Below, one piece after another: positions 49,744 through 62,181 of a stretch of DNA of 64,000 nt (position 1 is the stretch's first letter; each line of letters begins with the position of its first letter). This DNA is from Octopus vulgaris. Its lineage: Eukaryota. Below the pieces are notes generated by a model. The model did no database searches. It was not told the DNA's origin and saw only the letters and a list, made by a program, of their open reading frames with translations. The stretch is from contig OX597818.1 in the NCBI GenBank assembly GCA_951406725.2, positions 95,914,001 through 95,978,000 on the forward strand, written 5' to 3'. A program made the position numbers and the translations under genes.

Positions 49744-49781
49744 CTGTCTGATGAACGGCAACGAGAAACTCAGAGTAACAG
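49744..49781 (+). ncRNA. Minimal type-I hammerhead ribozyme motif (degenerate stem II base)
   Basis: CTGT CTGATGA ACG GCAA CGA GAAAC TCAGA GTA ACAG: 4-bp stem I, both core boxes, GNRA-capped stem II, GUA triplet. Confidence 0.6.
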
Positions 49782-49813
49782 ATTTTGTTGAATTTTCTGC
49801 TGCTTAAAATAAA

Positions 49814-49853
<40 letters not shown>

Positions 49854-50402
49854 TTGTGATGTTATATTTGCAACCTTTTATTATCTCAAAATTAACACTA
49901 TCAAATATAATATAAAGAAAGAAATATGCAATACATTACATCGAATAATGTTTATTATTTGGTTTAGTTCTAACTACATTACATTCTGTTAATCAAGGTT
50001 CCATGCCTGGAAACAATTTTCGAGATAGATGTGGCTTGTAGAGGTAATTCAGATATAGTTGGTTGATTTACTGCTAATGGGACATTTAGTTGCTGACTTC
50101 TAGTTGATTACATTTAAGATGGTGGTTAATGATCTTCTCAGTGAGATGGCAATCTGGCTGCTATACAGAGTTGATGGAAGTGATTTTGGTGGCTATGGTG
50201 ATGGGATTGTTGATGATGAAGATGTTAATGATTTAAAGGGAGAATGATATTGTTATTACTCTTGTTGTTGTTGTTGTTGATGTTTAACTTCAGATTAGCT
50301 CAGATTGAGTTGGTTTCTCACTTCTTTTATTGTTATATATATATACCATTGTGTCTCAATTAATTTTGAAAATAATGAAGAATTTACTAAAATAACTTTA
50401 TT

Positions 50403-51019
50403 CAGTTCTATATTTAAGAGATGAGGAATAATGTACATTATTTACATTATTTACAATTGACGGATATTTGTCCTCATCTTGTTTGTTGTTAACACATTTC
50501 GGCTGATATACCCTCCAGCCTTTATCAGATGTCTTGGGGAAATTTCGAACCTGGGTTCTCATTCCTAAGGTATTTTTTGATGTTGTTATTATTGTTGTTG
50601 TTGTTGTTGTTATTATTATTATTATTCAGGTCACTGCCTGGAATCGAACTCGGAATCTTGGGGTTAGTAGCCCGCGCTCTTAACCACTATGCCATATGCC
50701 CATGGGCATAATAATAATAATAATAATAGTAATAATAATAATAGTAATAATAATAATAATAAGAAGAAGAAGAAGAAGGAGAAGAAGAAGAAGAAGAAGA
50801 AGAAGAAGAAGAAGAAGAAGAAGAAGAAGAAGAAGAAGAAGAAGAAGAAGAAGAAGAAGAAGAAGAAGAAGGACGACGATGACGACCTTAGGAATGAGAA
50901 CCCAGGTTCGAAATTTCCCCAAGACACCTGATGAAGGCTGGAGGGTATATCAGCCAAAACGTTGTGTTAACAACAAACAAGATGAGGACAAATATCCGTC
51001 AATTGTAAATAATGTAAAT
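50403..51019. mobile_element. Head-to-head inverted pair of a tRNA-headed SINE carrying a hammerhead motif, with 12-bp TSD
   Basis: tRNA-like head on - at 50625-50702 (A box TGGCATAGTGG, B box GAGTTCGATTCC). Body arms at ~50440-50570 and ~50886-51019 are reverse complements, and aataactttatt is repeated at 50391-50402 and 51020-51031. Confidence 0.8.
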
Positions 51020-52208
51020 AATAACTTTATTGCTATTAAGTTGATGTTTGGAAAATATATTAACATGGAATTTTGATAAGAGATTATCATTTAAACTACT
51101 TTAAAACAGGAAGTGTGAGTAATAGAGCAGTCTCCAATTTCAGATAGGTTGGAATCAAAAGGTTAATCAAAGGCTTTGACTATTCTATTGATTTTCTTTT
51201 CTGTTCTTTAATATGAAAAACTGCACTGTTTAATTAGTCCTTCCTTGTTTTATGATGGCAGGCTGTGATTTTAGGGAATTTAGGTGGTGATTCTTGCTGA
51301 TTGAGAAATCACCTAGTGATTCCTTCATTGGCTCTGTTGGAAGGACGGCATTAATGATGATGATGATGATGATGGTGATTGATAGCAATAACGATCATGG
51401 TAGCACTGGTTATCATATTACTGTTTGCAGTGATGACGATGGTTGCAGTGTCAACAATGAGAAAAACTAAGGAAGTGATGTTAATAACAAAGGGTAGTAG
51501 TGGTGACCATGTTGCAGTTGGTGATATAAGCAAGATATTTGCGGTGGCAGGGGTGGGGGTCATCAGTGGTAATAGCTGTGATTGGTGCAGTAGTGGAGGA
51601 GGTGATGTAGTGTGTGTGTGTGTGGGGGGTTAATGGTTGGTGCACTAGTGGTGGATATGGTGGTAGGCATAATGGTACTGGTAGTAGTTGGTATGGAGGT
51701 GGTAGCTGACGGGGAGGGGTGCTGTGGTGGTGGTGGTGGTGATGGTGTTGGTAAATAAACATGGTGGTGATGGTGGAGGTAGCAGTGGTAGTGATTGGTA
51801 AAGTGGACAAGGTGGTGATGTGGTAGTTGATACAGTAGTGGTGGTGGTGGTGGAGGTGTTGCAGCTACTGTTATCAATGGCTCTCAAGATAGGATGAGAG
51901 CCAACTAGTTTTACAAACATACAAGATAAAATTAATGTGTCCTGTCACAACACTTCAACAGAAAGGTCAGGGGATGTCAATAGAGGCTGAAAACTGACTG
52001 ATTTCAATTCTGTTATGATGATGATGATGATCACAACTGATGACCAATGTAATATTTGTATGTAATATTAGTCACTGGTCAGATAGGCCAACATTGATTT
52101 ATACAGTGGTTGCTTTTCTGAACTAGGAAATTTGAAATAAAATTTGAACTAAATGAGAATAAAAAACAATACCCAACAATATTAGCATATATCTATATGT
52201 ATATATAA

Positions 52209-52241
<33 letters not shown>

Positions 52242-52289
52242 TGTGAACTTTTTGAACTTCTTGCATACTTCATATATTACTAATTTTGT

Positions 52290-55055
52290 TTCTTCCTTTT
52301 CTTTCTTTACCTGCTATTTCTCCTTCCAACATGCCTGATCATAAATCTTTCCTCCTGCACTTGCACCACCATCTTAAACATTACCTCACCTCATTTTTTA
52401 TCTCCTGCCTCCAGCTTTCTCCCTACCTTTTCCAATACATTTTCAACCTCATCCCCTGTTTCTCTAGTCATATTTCCTTCCTCAGTTGTTGCCTTCACCT
52501 CAACCTCAACCTCAAAGGTTTCCATCTATATTTCCACCTTCCCTTCCATTCTGCTTCCACTATCTTACCCATCCTCCACACCTCTTCCTTCCACTTTATG
52601 TGTGCTGCCATCTGCTCTAATCTCTCCAAAATACACACACCTGACTGGCTTCTCCCTCTTGCTTATTCCATTTTCTCCTCCTGCTGCACTCCCTTCATTG
52701 CTCACTCCATCCTTTGTTTCATCCTCTACCTCATTCACCTCCTCCATGATTTTCTTGCTTGTCACTACACCCTCCCGTTCCCCTGCCCTCTCTAACCCTC
52801 TCCATCCTTGGCCTAACTCCTCCCCACCCTCATCTTTGTCCATTCTTCCCTCTTCCCCCTGTATGACATCCCCTGCTTACAACTTCCTCTTCTGCTCTCT
52901 CCTCCCTACAACCACCACCTCCATCTCCTTCCCCACCTAGTTCACATTCCTTCACCCACCCCCTCCCCTTCGCTCCCGATCTTGCCCCCTTTGAAGCCAA
53001 GAATTCTCTCCTTCATAGGGGTCTTCATTTTATGCCACTCCATCCAGCAACGAGTTTTGGATGTGAACTGATGTTCAACACTTTGTGTGCCATGTCAGAC
53101 TGCATGCTCTATCCCACAATATTCCACCTGCGTCTAATGAACAAGACTGCGTCATTGACTGTCCATCACTCACTTTCAGTTCCTACATCTCCAGTGGCTC
53201 TGTAGTGACGACCATGAGACTTCGAGACACGGTCCTAATTCATAGCTCACCACTTCACCCAACAAGGAAAACCCACCAAACCGCCCTTGCTCATTCCTCT
53301 CTTGAACTGTGCACCTGCTCTACACACACGCCTCCCTTCTTTGAGATTTCTGCCAATTCAAATCTAACCCTTTCTATCTCCTATTTCTTCCTCACCTCAT
53401 CCCTCTCCTCCTTCAAGCATGCCCATAACCTCCATGACCTTCTGGTCTGTAGCTTATTCCTTGTTCCTGATGTCTAACCTCACTCCTTCTTTTGCTCTTA
53501 CCTATGATGCCACACCTGCCCCTACCACTATCCTCACCAAAACCCACCACCTCCTCTACCACACCACTGATTCATTCACCTACTCTTCCAGCAGTGTAAT
53601 CTACTGTATCCTTTTTTTCTCACTGTCATTCATTGTACATTGGTCAAACTGGCCGGAGTTTAGCTGACCAGTTTACCAAACATCTCTGGGACATCAGACT
53701 TGGTAATGATGCCCTGGTCACTTGCCACTCACTTGATTGGTCATTCATTACAACATCTATCTGTATTCAGACAAGCCTTACACAGAAGCTACCTTCTGTC
53801 AAGCCCAGGAATTTATTTTCTCTCTTCATTCCTCAATTCCTCATGATCTCAATTCATCACTTCTCTCCATCTAAACCTGCCTATCTCCATGTACATTTAC
53901 ATGCAGCACACACCTCCCAACTTCAACTATCCCTCCTCCTCTACCCCTCCCCACACCTCTACACCGTTATACTCATGACCCACACCATACACACCTTATG
54001 CCCCTACAACATATCCAAAAACCTATACACACTCACACACACATTCACACACACACGCATTCGTTCCCATTCCATGCACACCAGCACCCAACACTTCACA
54101 ATCGTTACTCTCACATTCCTATTCCACCTTGCACCTTCATCCAGGTCAACCCACATGGATCCCTTACAGCAAACATGTGTATAAGATAGCCTGTCACACA
54201 TGCATACAAGCACTCTTACACATATATACATATGCACAAACACAGAATATTATACACAAATCAACTCCATACACATACATACACAGTTTATTCAAGAACT
54301 CCACATGCACACACCAACTGATAACAAAGACATGGTCACTTGCTCCCATACATACACACGCATAAATATACACATTATTCATGCATAAGCACACATAGCA
54401 GTGTCACACACATGCACACATGTTTAAGTGCCTTTTACACCCACACCCAAGAAGCAACACAAGAACACACATGCAGGCACACTACTTACCCAAAGAATAG
54501 ATGTACTCATTAGCTGCTAAACACATGTGTTTGCACATGCACACACATACATTAGACAACCTCACACACTCCAGTATATAGACACATGTTGACACACATG
54601 CACACATAAATACACAGAGCACACATCGCCTCACACATTGTTTACTCACACACATACACACATATGCATACACATATACACTCCCATACATACACATACA
54701 CATATTCACATAATCTTCATACTCACACACATTCTTGTTCCCACACCCACACACACATAATTATGCATACATTAACTCCACATACACACACAAGCTTGTG
54801 CACACACACTTTTGCCAGGTTACTGTTGTCTCCCTTGCTCTTTTGCCACCTACTGTTTCCTTCATTCTGATCAAATCAACATGTGAAACTGAATCCAAAC
54901 ACTTTTTTCTCTCTACATTGTTTTCTCCTCTCATTCCCTGCATAAGAGCATAGGCTTGAAACACCAAAGATTCTTCCATTTTTCTTGACCATCAAACTAA
55001 TACACCTTTGTTGTTCCCTCATTTGCCTCTCTTCTGGTTTTTGTACAATTTTTTG
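52290..55055 (+). mobile_element. Large decayed, deleted Penelope-like element with GIY-YIG remnant
   Basis: C/T-rich decayed ORF region. ~53565-53700 gives TDSFTYSSSSVIYCI and, after a frameshift, YIGQTGRSLADQFTKHLWDIR. The 3' end resembles 19140-19310. Confidence 0.65.
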
Positions 55056-55059
55056 AAAC

Positions 55060-55091
<32 letters not shown>

Positions 55092-55100
55092 TCACATTTA

Positions 55101-55922
55101 CAGGGTGCAATTGGTAAATTGTCATCATTTTATATTTTTAATTTTGCACATGCACATTGTTTTTGATTTTGTTGACTACACAGTACAGTAGGATCAGTTG
55201 GGCAATATCTATGAGAAAAACAGCACTGTGACGCAATTCACTCTGCCAGAAATTTGAAAATGACATACTGTACTGCCCCAAAACAAACAGATAGTGAACA
55301 CACAGAACAACTGTTGGTTTGCCTTGTCCCCAAAACATGTACTGAGACTGATACAAATCAAACATCCAGTCAACTTCATAATGTTTGGAGTGATCACTAG
55401 TGATGGCGATGTTATGTCTCCATTCATTGTCCCACATGGCCTCAGACTTAACATGGAGGCCTACATCAAGTACCTGGAGGAGGTTGTGCTGCCCTGGGTC
55501 AAGAGGATGACTGCTGAAAACCCTATGTCTGACAACAAGACTCTGCACCATACCACATAAGCAGGAGAACCCAGTTATGGCTGTCAGATAATTTCTGCGA
55601 CCACATCACCCCTAACATCTGTGTGGAGCGCAATTGAGTAAGAGACCAACAGAACTTCTTGTAACACCAAAGATGAACTGAAGGCAAGGATTATAGCAGC
55701 ATTTGCCAACTTAAACAAGGAGACCACCCAGAAGAGTTGCAGGAGACTCCAAAGTCATCTGGAGGACATGGTTGAAGCCAATGTTGATTTTATTGAATAA
55801 ATTTACTCTTTAGTATTTCATGATATTTTTTATGTAATTTTGGTAATATATATCTGTTAAAATGAGATATCAATGTTATTTTCATTTTTGCGTAATTTAG
55901 ACGACAATATATTTACTGCACC

Positions 55923-55925
<3 letters not shown>
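55101..55925 (+). mobile_element. Internally deleted Tc1/mariner-superfamily (maT/DD37D-like) transposon
   Basis: TIRs cagggtgca...aaattgtc / gacaat...tgcaccctg after TA. Remnants are KHPVNFIMFGVITSDGDVMSPFIVPHGLRLNMEAYIKYLEEVVLPWVK and QQDSAPYH. Confidence 0.8.
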
Positions 55926-55953
<28 letters not shown>

Positions 55954-57234
55954 GATATATATATTATATACACACACATATACACATATGCCCCCTACTA
56001 TTGTCATAGGTTGACTTGTTACTTGTGAATGAAATTGGTAGATGGAAACTGGAAGAAGCCTGTCATGTATACACACATACAGAATTCATTGAAGCAGATT
56101 TTCTATACCCAGATGCCCTTACTGTCATCAAAGTAATATTTGCTTATAACCAGACATGCTTTCCACGGAAAACTAGAAATCAACAACATTGCTTGCATGA
56201 TGGTGGCGTTCATCAATGAAAGAAATAGATAACATATTAAAATACTAGAATACAGACAAATAGGATTCAGTGAACACATACACATATATGCAAGTAAGAA
56301 ACAACCAAATTTTGTGATTTTCCCCTCATATCAATTTTGTGATTGCACAACTCAACAACAATCAAAAACCTTCATAATCAAATACCACCCACATCTAAAG
56401 ATCTGTGGCATGGGAAGAAAGACAACTACAACCAACTTTACTGCAATCTTTATTGAAGTTGTCACACTACTACTGCTACAAGTTAGACTGACAAGACAAC
56501 TACTTGAGCTACTAACATAGTTGCTGTTGTAGCCACAAGCTAGTAGGCTAAGCAGTCAAAAACTATTGAATGAAAGTGAGTGGTTTTTTCAAACTCCAGT
56601 AATGAAAGTGAATAGTGCAAAATTTCTACAAGTTGTTCTACTGAGCTTACTTCTCAACTATAAATGTCTATCAAAAACTTCAAACAAAGCCAAAAATGCT
56701 TCCAACTGCTACTACTGACAGCCACTGCTACTGTTGTTACTACCACCAGGACATAAAACCAAACAGAAAGAAAGAAGCAAAACACCAGCATCATGTGATT
56801 TTTGTAAGAAAAACAGGTGAACTTCCAGAACCAATATCATGAAAGATTAATTTAATTTAATTTATTTTTCCTATTACTTCAGCATGACTAAATTGCATTT
56901 TTAAGAGACTGAAACCAGTAGCATATTTTGATAAAAATGTAAATATTTTCTTGATTTATCCTTGTAACAGTTCTCAAAACATTTTGTTTTTGTTTTTTGA
57001 TATTTTTTATTCTTTTATTTGTTTTAGTCACTTGACTGTAGCCATGCTGGAGCACTGCCTTTAGTCGAACAAATCAACCCCAGGATTTATTCTTTGTAAG
57101 CCTAGTACTTATTCTATAGGTATCTTTTGCTGAATTGGTAAGTTACGGGGACGTAAACACACCAGCATCGGTTGTCAAGTGATGTTTGGGGGACAAACTC
57201 AGACACACAAACACACACACACACATCATATATG

Positions 57235-57283
<49 letters not shown>

Positions 57284-57735
57284 GGCTTCTTTCAGTTTCC
57301 GTTTACCAAATCCACTCACAAGCCCGAGGCCATAATAGAAGACACTTGCCCAAGGTGCCATGAAGTGAGACTGAACCTGGAGCCATGTGGTTGGTAAGCA
57401 AGCTACTTACCCCTGTGCCTACACACACACAAGAGTTAAGGAATAGAGTAGATAAGATCTGGGCTTATCTACTCCATTCCTTAACTCTTGTATTCTTATT
57501 TATACACCTGGCAACCTTGGTCGGCTACCGTGAAATATAAAAAGAACTTTTTCCAGTTTATTGTACTTCAATATGCAAAAAATCCACAACCTTCCTTCTC
57601 AATAAATCACTGTTGTCCCCTGAAAGTTGTTTTTCATATATATTACAGATTGCTTGAAGCTAACTATCTTTCTACACCTTGACCCCTGCATCTTATATGT
57701 GTATGTGTGTGTGTCTGTGTATATTTATATACACA

Positions 57736-58619
57736 CGATGGTGGGCTGAAAAATTCATAGGATGACTATGAAGGAGTCATGCTAGGGCTGTGAAATCTTG
57801 CATGCATTTATTTCAACTTTTATTAATAACTGCATTGTTTCATTTTAGGTAAACAGACATCACTCTGTTCAAAAAAGACTTCAAAACCCATGCAGTGAAA
57901 ACTACCCTTCTCACCGACTACAAAGAAGGCCAATGTCATTTCATCTGCAGGGAAGGTAATGGTCCCAGTTTTGGGGGATGCAAAAGGCATTGTGTTTATT
58001 GACTATCTTCATAAGTTAATTACTTGTAGGGACACTGTAATTCATTATGCGACCATAATATACTACAAAGTTTATTAAGCACTTTATAAGCCAATACTGT
58101 GTCCAATAGAAAATCTGTGGAGATAACCTTAACATATCTTCAGAAGGGCCACACCATCAATGGAGAGTACTATGCTAACTTGCTGAGACAGTTACAAAAA
58201 GCTATTAAGACCAAACGTTCAGGTTTACTGACGAAAGGGGTTTTGTTTCAGCAGGAGAAAGCTCTAGCACATAAGTTCTTGGTGTCAATGACTGCTGTGC
58301 ATGACTGGTTTTGAACTGGTTGATCACCCACCATATTCTTCAGATTTGGCCCCTTCTGACTCTCATCTGTACTCCCAACATAAAAAAAACAAAACGTTTG
58401 GTTGCGAGCCAGTATTGCAGTTATGGTGACATATCCACTGTTGATTACTTTGAGCAACAGAATTAAAGCTTCTTCACCAATGGGACTAAACACCACTGCA
58501 ACACTGATGAAAGAAGTGTGTGGTCTGCAAGAAGGACTATGTTGAAAAATAAACCTCATTTGGTCACATTCCATGAGAATATCAAGGTCAGCCTATGAAC
58601 TTTGCAGCCAACCCTCTTG
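57736..58619 (+). mobile_element. Internally deleted mariner
   Basis: TIRs cgatggtgggctgaaaaattcatagg / cctatgaactttgcagccaaccctcttg. Remnants are SAGKVM, DAKGIVFIDYL, KGHTINGEYYANLL and FELVDHPPYSSDLAPSD. Confidence 0.85.
58012..58134. other. 123-bp insertion with 8-bp TSD inside the mariner transposase remnant
   Basis: TATCTTCA at 58004-58011 and 58135-58142; removing the insert restores IDYLQKGHTI. Confidence 0.75.
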
Positions 58620-58827
58620 TGTGTGTGTGTGTCTCTCTCTCTCTCTCTGTCTCTCTTCCCCCTCCCTCCCCATCTCTCTCTCTCTCTCTTGCTTTCTCTC
58701 TCTCTCTCTAGTTATATTTTTCTTACAAAAGATACGGACTGCATAGAAGTGCTCAAGTTGAACCTGAGACGCTAGACAAGTATAATAAACAGATTGGAGA
58801 AAGTTCAAATCAGACAAATTACAATGA

Positions 58828-58863
<36 letters not shown>

Positions 58864-61315
58864 TTAATTTAAGTTAAAAATTGTCCCAAAAACATATTGA
58901 TATATTAAAAATATATATAAAAATACATGTAAAAATATAAAAATATAGAAATATCAAAAATATATATGGACATACTCTTTTACTTTTTTACTTGTTTCAG
59001 TCATTTTACTGTGGCCATGCTGGAGCACCACCTCTAGTCGAGTAAGTTAACCCATGGCTTTATTGATCGCATTCTCACCTGGAATCGATTTTTGTAATTT
59101 TTTCAAGACTTATACAAGCCCTGATACCGTCGGTATCTACATATCAAATTTTAGCACAATCGGATGGAGGATGCCCAAGATCCTAGAAGGCATACACACA
59201 GACAGACAGAACAGATTTTATATAATAAATATGTATGTGTGTGTGCTTCTTTCTATTTCTCTCAACCAAATCTACTCGCAAGGATTTGGGTGAGCCAGGC
59301 CTAGGGTAGAAGACATTTGTCCATGGTGCAGCACAGTGGAACTGAACCCAAAACCACATGGTAGGGCAGCAAGTGTCTTAATCACACAACTACACCTACA
59401 CTCACACACATATGTATATGTGTGTGTGCATCTATGTTTATGTACACTTGTGGAAATCAGTATACCAAATTGCTAAACTCAGCTATTCAATAAAATAGAA
59501 ATTAATAAAATTTGTACTCAACTAAAATAAGTACAGGAGCCAATGCAATCTAACCCCCTTCCCTTTAAAAGCAGTGCTCCAGTATGGCCATGGTCCAGTG
59601 GCTGAAACCAAAACCAATAAAAGAAAGAACTAATGTATACTACTGTTATATTACATTTTATACAGAATCTGTCATGTATGTTGTTTGTTGAAGGGCAACT
59701 TTTGTATTGATTAGAGCAACTTATTGATTAAACATGCTGAAAACTTAAACATATATTAACCCTCAGTCCATTTTCTGCCTAATTCCTTCCTTTATTTTTG
59801 TACATTGGAATTTATTTCATAGAAATATGTTACCTCTATGTGTTTATACTCTTGTTCTGTTAAAATGCACATGTATTGACCCAGTTTACTTTTTGCTGCT
59901 CGAAACACAATCAATCCAGTTTATATAAACACAGCCACAAATATGATATTTCTGTTCTAAACAAAGTGACTGACAGATACTGCATGGTTTACCAGAAAAA
60001 CCAGTGGTTTCTGGTCAATCCTTTTAAATACTGGTTTGAGTCCTTTTAAACCTGTTTGGAGTTGTTTAACATAAAATATTGCTCATTTTTTTTTTATTCA
60101 CAATAAACACTACGGTTTATTTTCAGAAATATTTTAATAATCGTTGATTTGTCTCATAATTTCCTGGTTTTATTCACTCACACACACATACATACGTACA
60201 TAGATACACTCATACATACATTTATACATACATACATACATACATACACACAGACATAAATACATATATACATTCATGCATACATATATAAATACATAGA
60301 CATAGCCATACATGAATATATATGTACATACATATACATACATACATGTATACATACATACATGTATGCATACATGCATGCATGCTTACAAGCATACATT
60401 AATTGTGAAAATTCATGACCTACTAGTTAGAGTGTTGAGCTCATGGTCATGTGTTCAGTTCCTGGCATGGGCTGCATGCTCTGCCCTTGAGCAAGGTACT
60501 TCATTTCATCTTGCTGCAGTCAACGCAACTGAAAATAAGTACCAGCCAACTGCTAGTGCAGCTCTGTCTGTCTCTCTCTGTCTGTCTCTCTCTCTCTCCA
60601 GCTGTCACATCATCAATGTTCTGCATGGTCAAGAATGGGAGGGTCACGAGGATGTGTATGTCTGTTCACAACTACAAAGTTAAAGTAAGTAGCAAAAGTT
60701 TGGTACAAGCTACTAAGTCATATTCTCTTGTGAGGGATGGCTAAGCATTGCTTTTATAACAACATAGACAAATACAGGTATATCAAATACTGTACAACAT
60801 TGATTCTTGTTTTCTTTAAAAAAAAAAATTAACTCTATTTTTAGAGGATATGTCACATTTTCCAAATGACAATTAAGAACAGCTCCATATAAGAAGGGAA
60901 ATTATCTCAAGAATCAAAACTTTTCCAAAGTTGACATGCCATTAAGGAAAAGGACAGTGTTATTATCTGCAGATAAGAGGACAGCTGCAGGCACCTGTTT
61001 CTGCTTCAATAGTTGTCATCAGCACAGCAATTGTCCTGCCTTATCTCCATAGCCAAGGATTTTGATTATATAAAAAGAGTAGAACACATTTATGGTCTAA
61101 GTAATTAGCATAAATTAATGATAAATGAGCTAAGAGAAATAACTCAGTGGCCAGAGGCATAAGAAAAAGTGACAGAGTATTGGTTATCAGTTGTTATTCT
61201 TTTATTTATTCAAATCAAGTGAAGATATTTTGTCAGTTTAGATGAAACAGTTAATTTTGTAGGGACCTCTCTCCTACTTTATTTAATAGTTAATAATAAA
61301 AATAAAAAATAAAGA

Positions 61316-61565
61316 AGGAGTGGCTGTGTGGTAAGTATTTTGCTTACCAACCACATGGTTCTGGGTTCAGTCCCACTGCGTGGCACTTTGGGCAAGTGTC
61401 TTCTACTATAGTCTTGGGCTGACCAAAGCCTTGTGAGCGGATTTGGTAGACGGAAACTGAAAGAAGCCCGTCGTATATATGTATATATATATGTGTGTGT
61501 TTGTGCCCCCAACATCGCTTGACAACCGATGCTGGTGTGTTTATGTCCCCGTAACTTAGCGGTTC
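61316..61565 (+). mobile_element. 3'-truncated composite SINE
   Basis: Colinear with 26482-26740. Confidence 0.85.
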
Positions 61566-62148
61566 CTATTTTCATATATAACATACAAACATGTACATCT
61601 TTTAGAATAATGTCATTTTATAAGATTTTACTGGCAAATTTTTAAATTAACATAAACACTTATTTACATGAAAGAAAATTATCAGAGAACTTCCATCTAA
61701 TCCTTCCAGATCTTTCTGTTAAAACAGTATTGAAACCATTTGAGGGGAATTTCTTTTGAAAATTGTGCAACAGACACCCTAATCTAATAGGGATTACAAT
61801 GGTCAGACTAGAGTAACTTATAATAGATAAAGTAAAAAGCTTGTACTCACATGTATTCACTAAACTACGACATTATAGGCAGTGAACTCTGATGTGGTTA
61901 TAGCTGAATTATGACTTGAAAGCAGGTGATCTATTACATAGCAGATAGTAGATGATGATGATAATGGGAAGGAAAGGGAGGAGGAAACCCAAGTACAATG
62001 CCAGAAATGGTTAAAGTTCATGAAATAGTCAGTACATATATCAAGAATAGGCCATGTCAAAGAACACTCTAGAAATGTTGTTGTCTCACCTTCCAACATA
62101 CATATACTTATAGACAATTATCTTATCTCCCACATACACACAGCTTTC

Positions 62149-62181
<33 letters not shown>

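Noticed and set aside
50625-50702. Possible tRNA gene
   Set aside because: A and B boxes are present, but it runs directly into a SINE body with no convincing acceptor stem or terminator. Treated as a SINE head.
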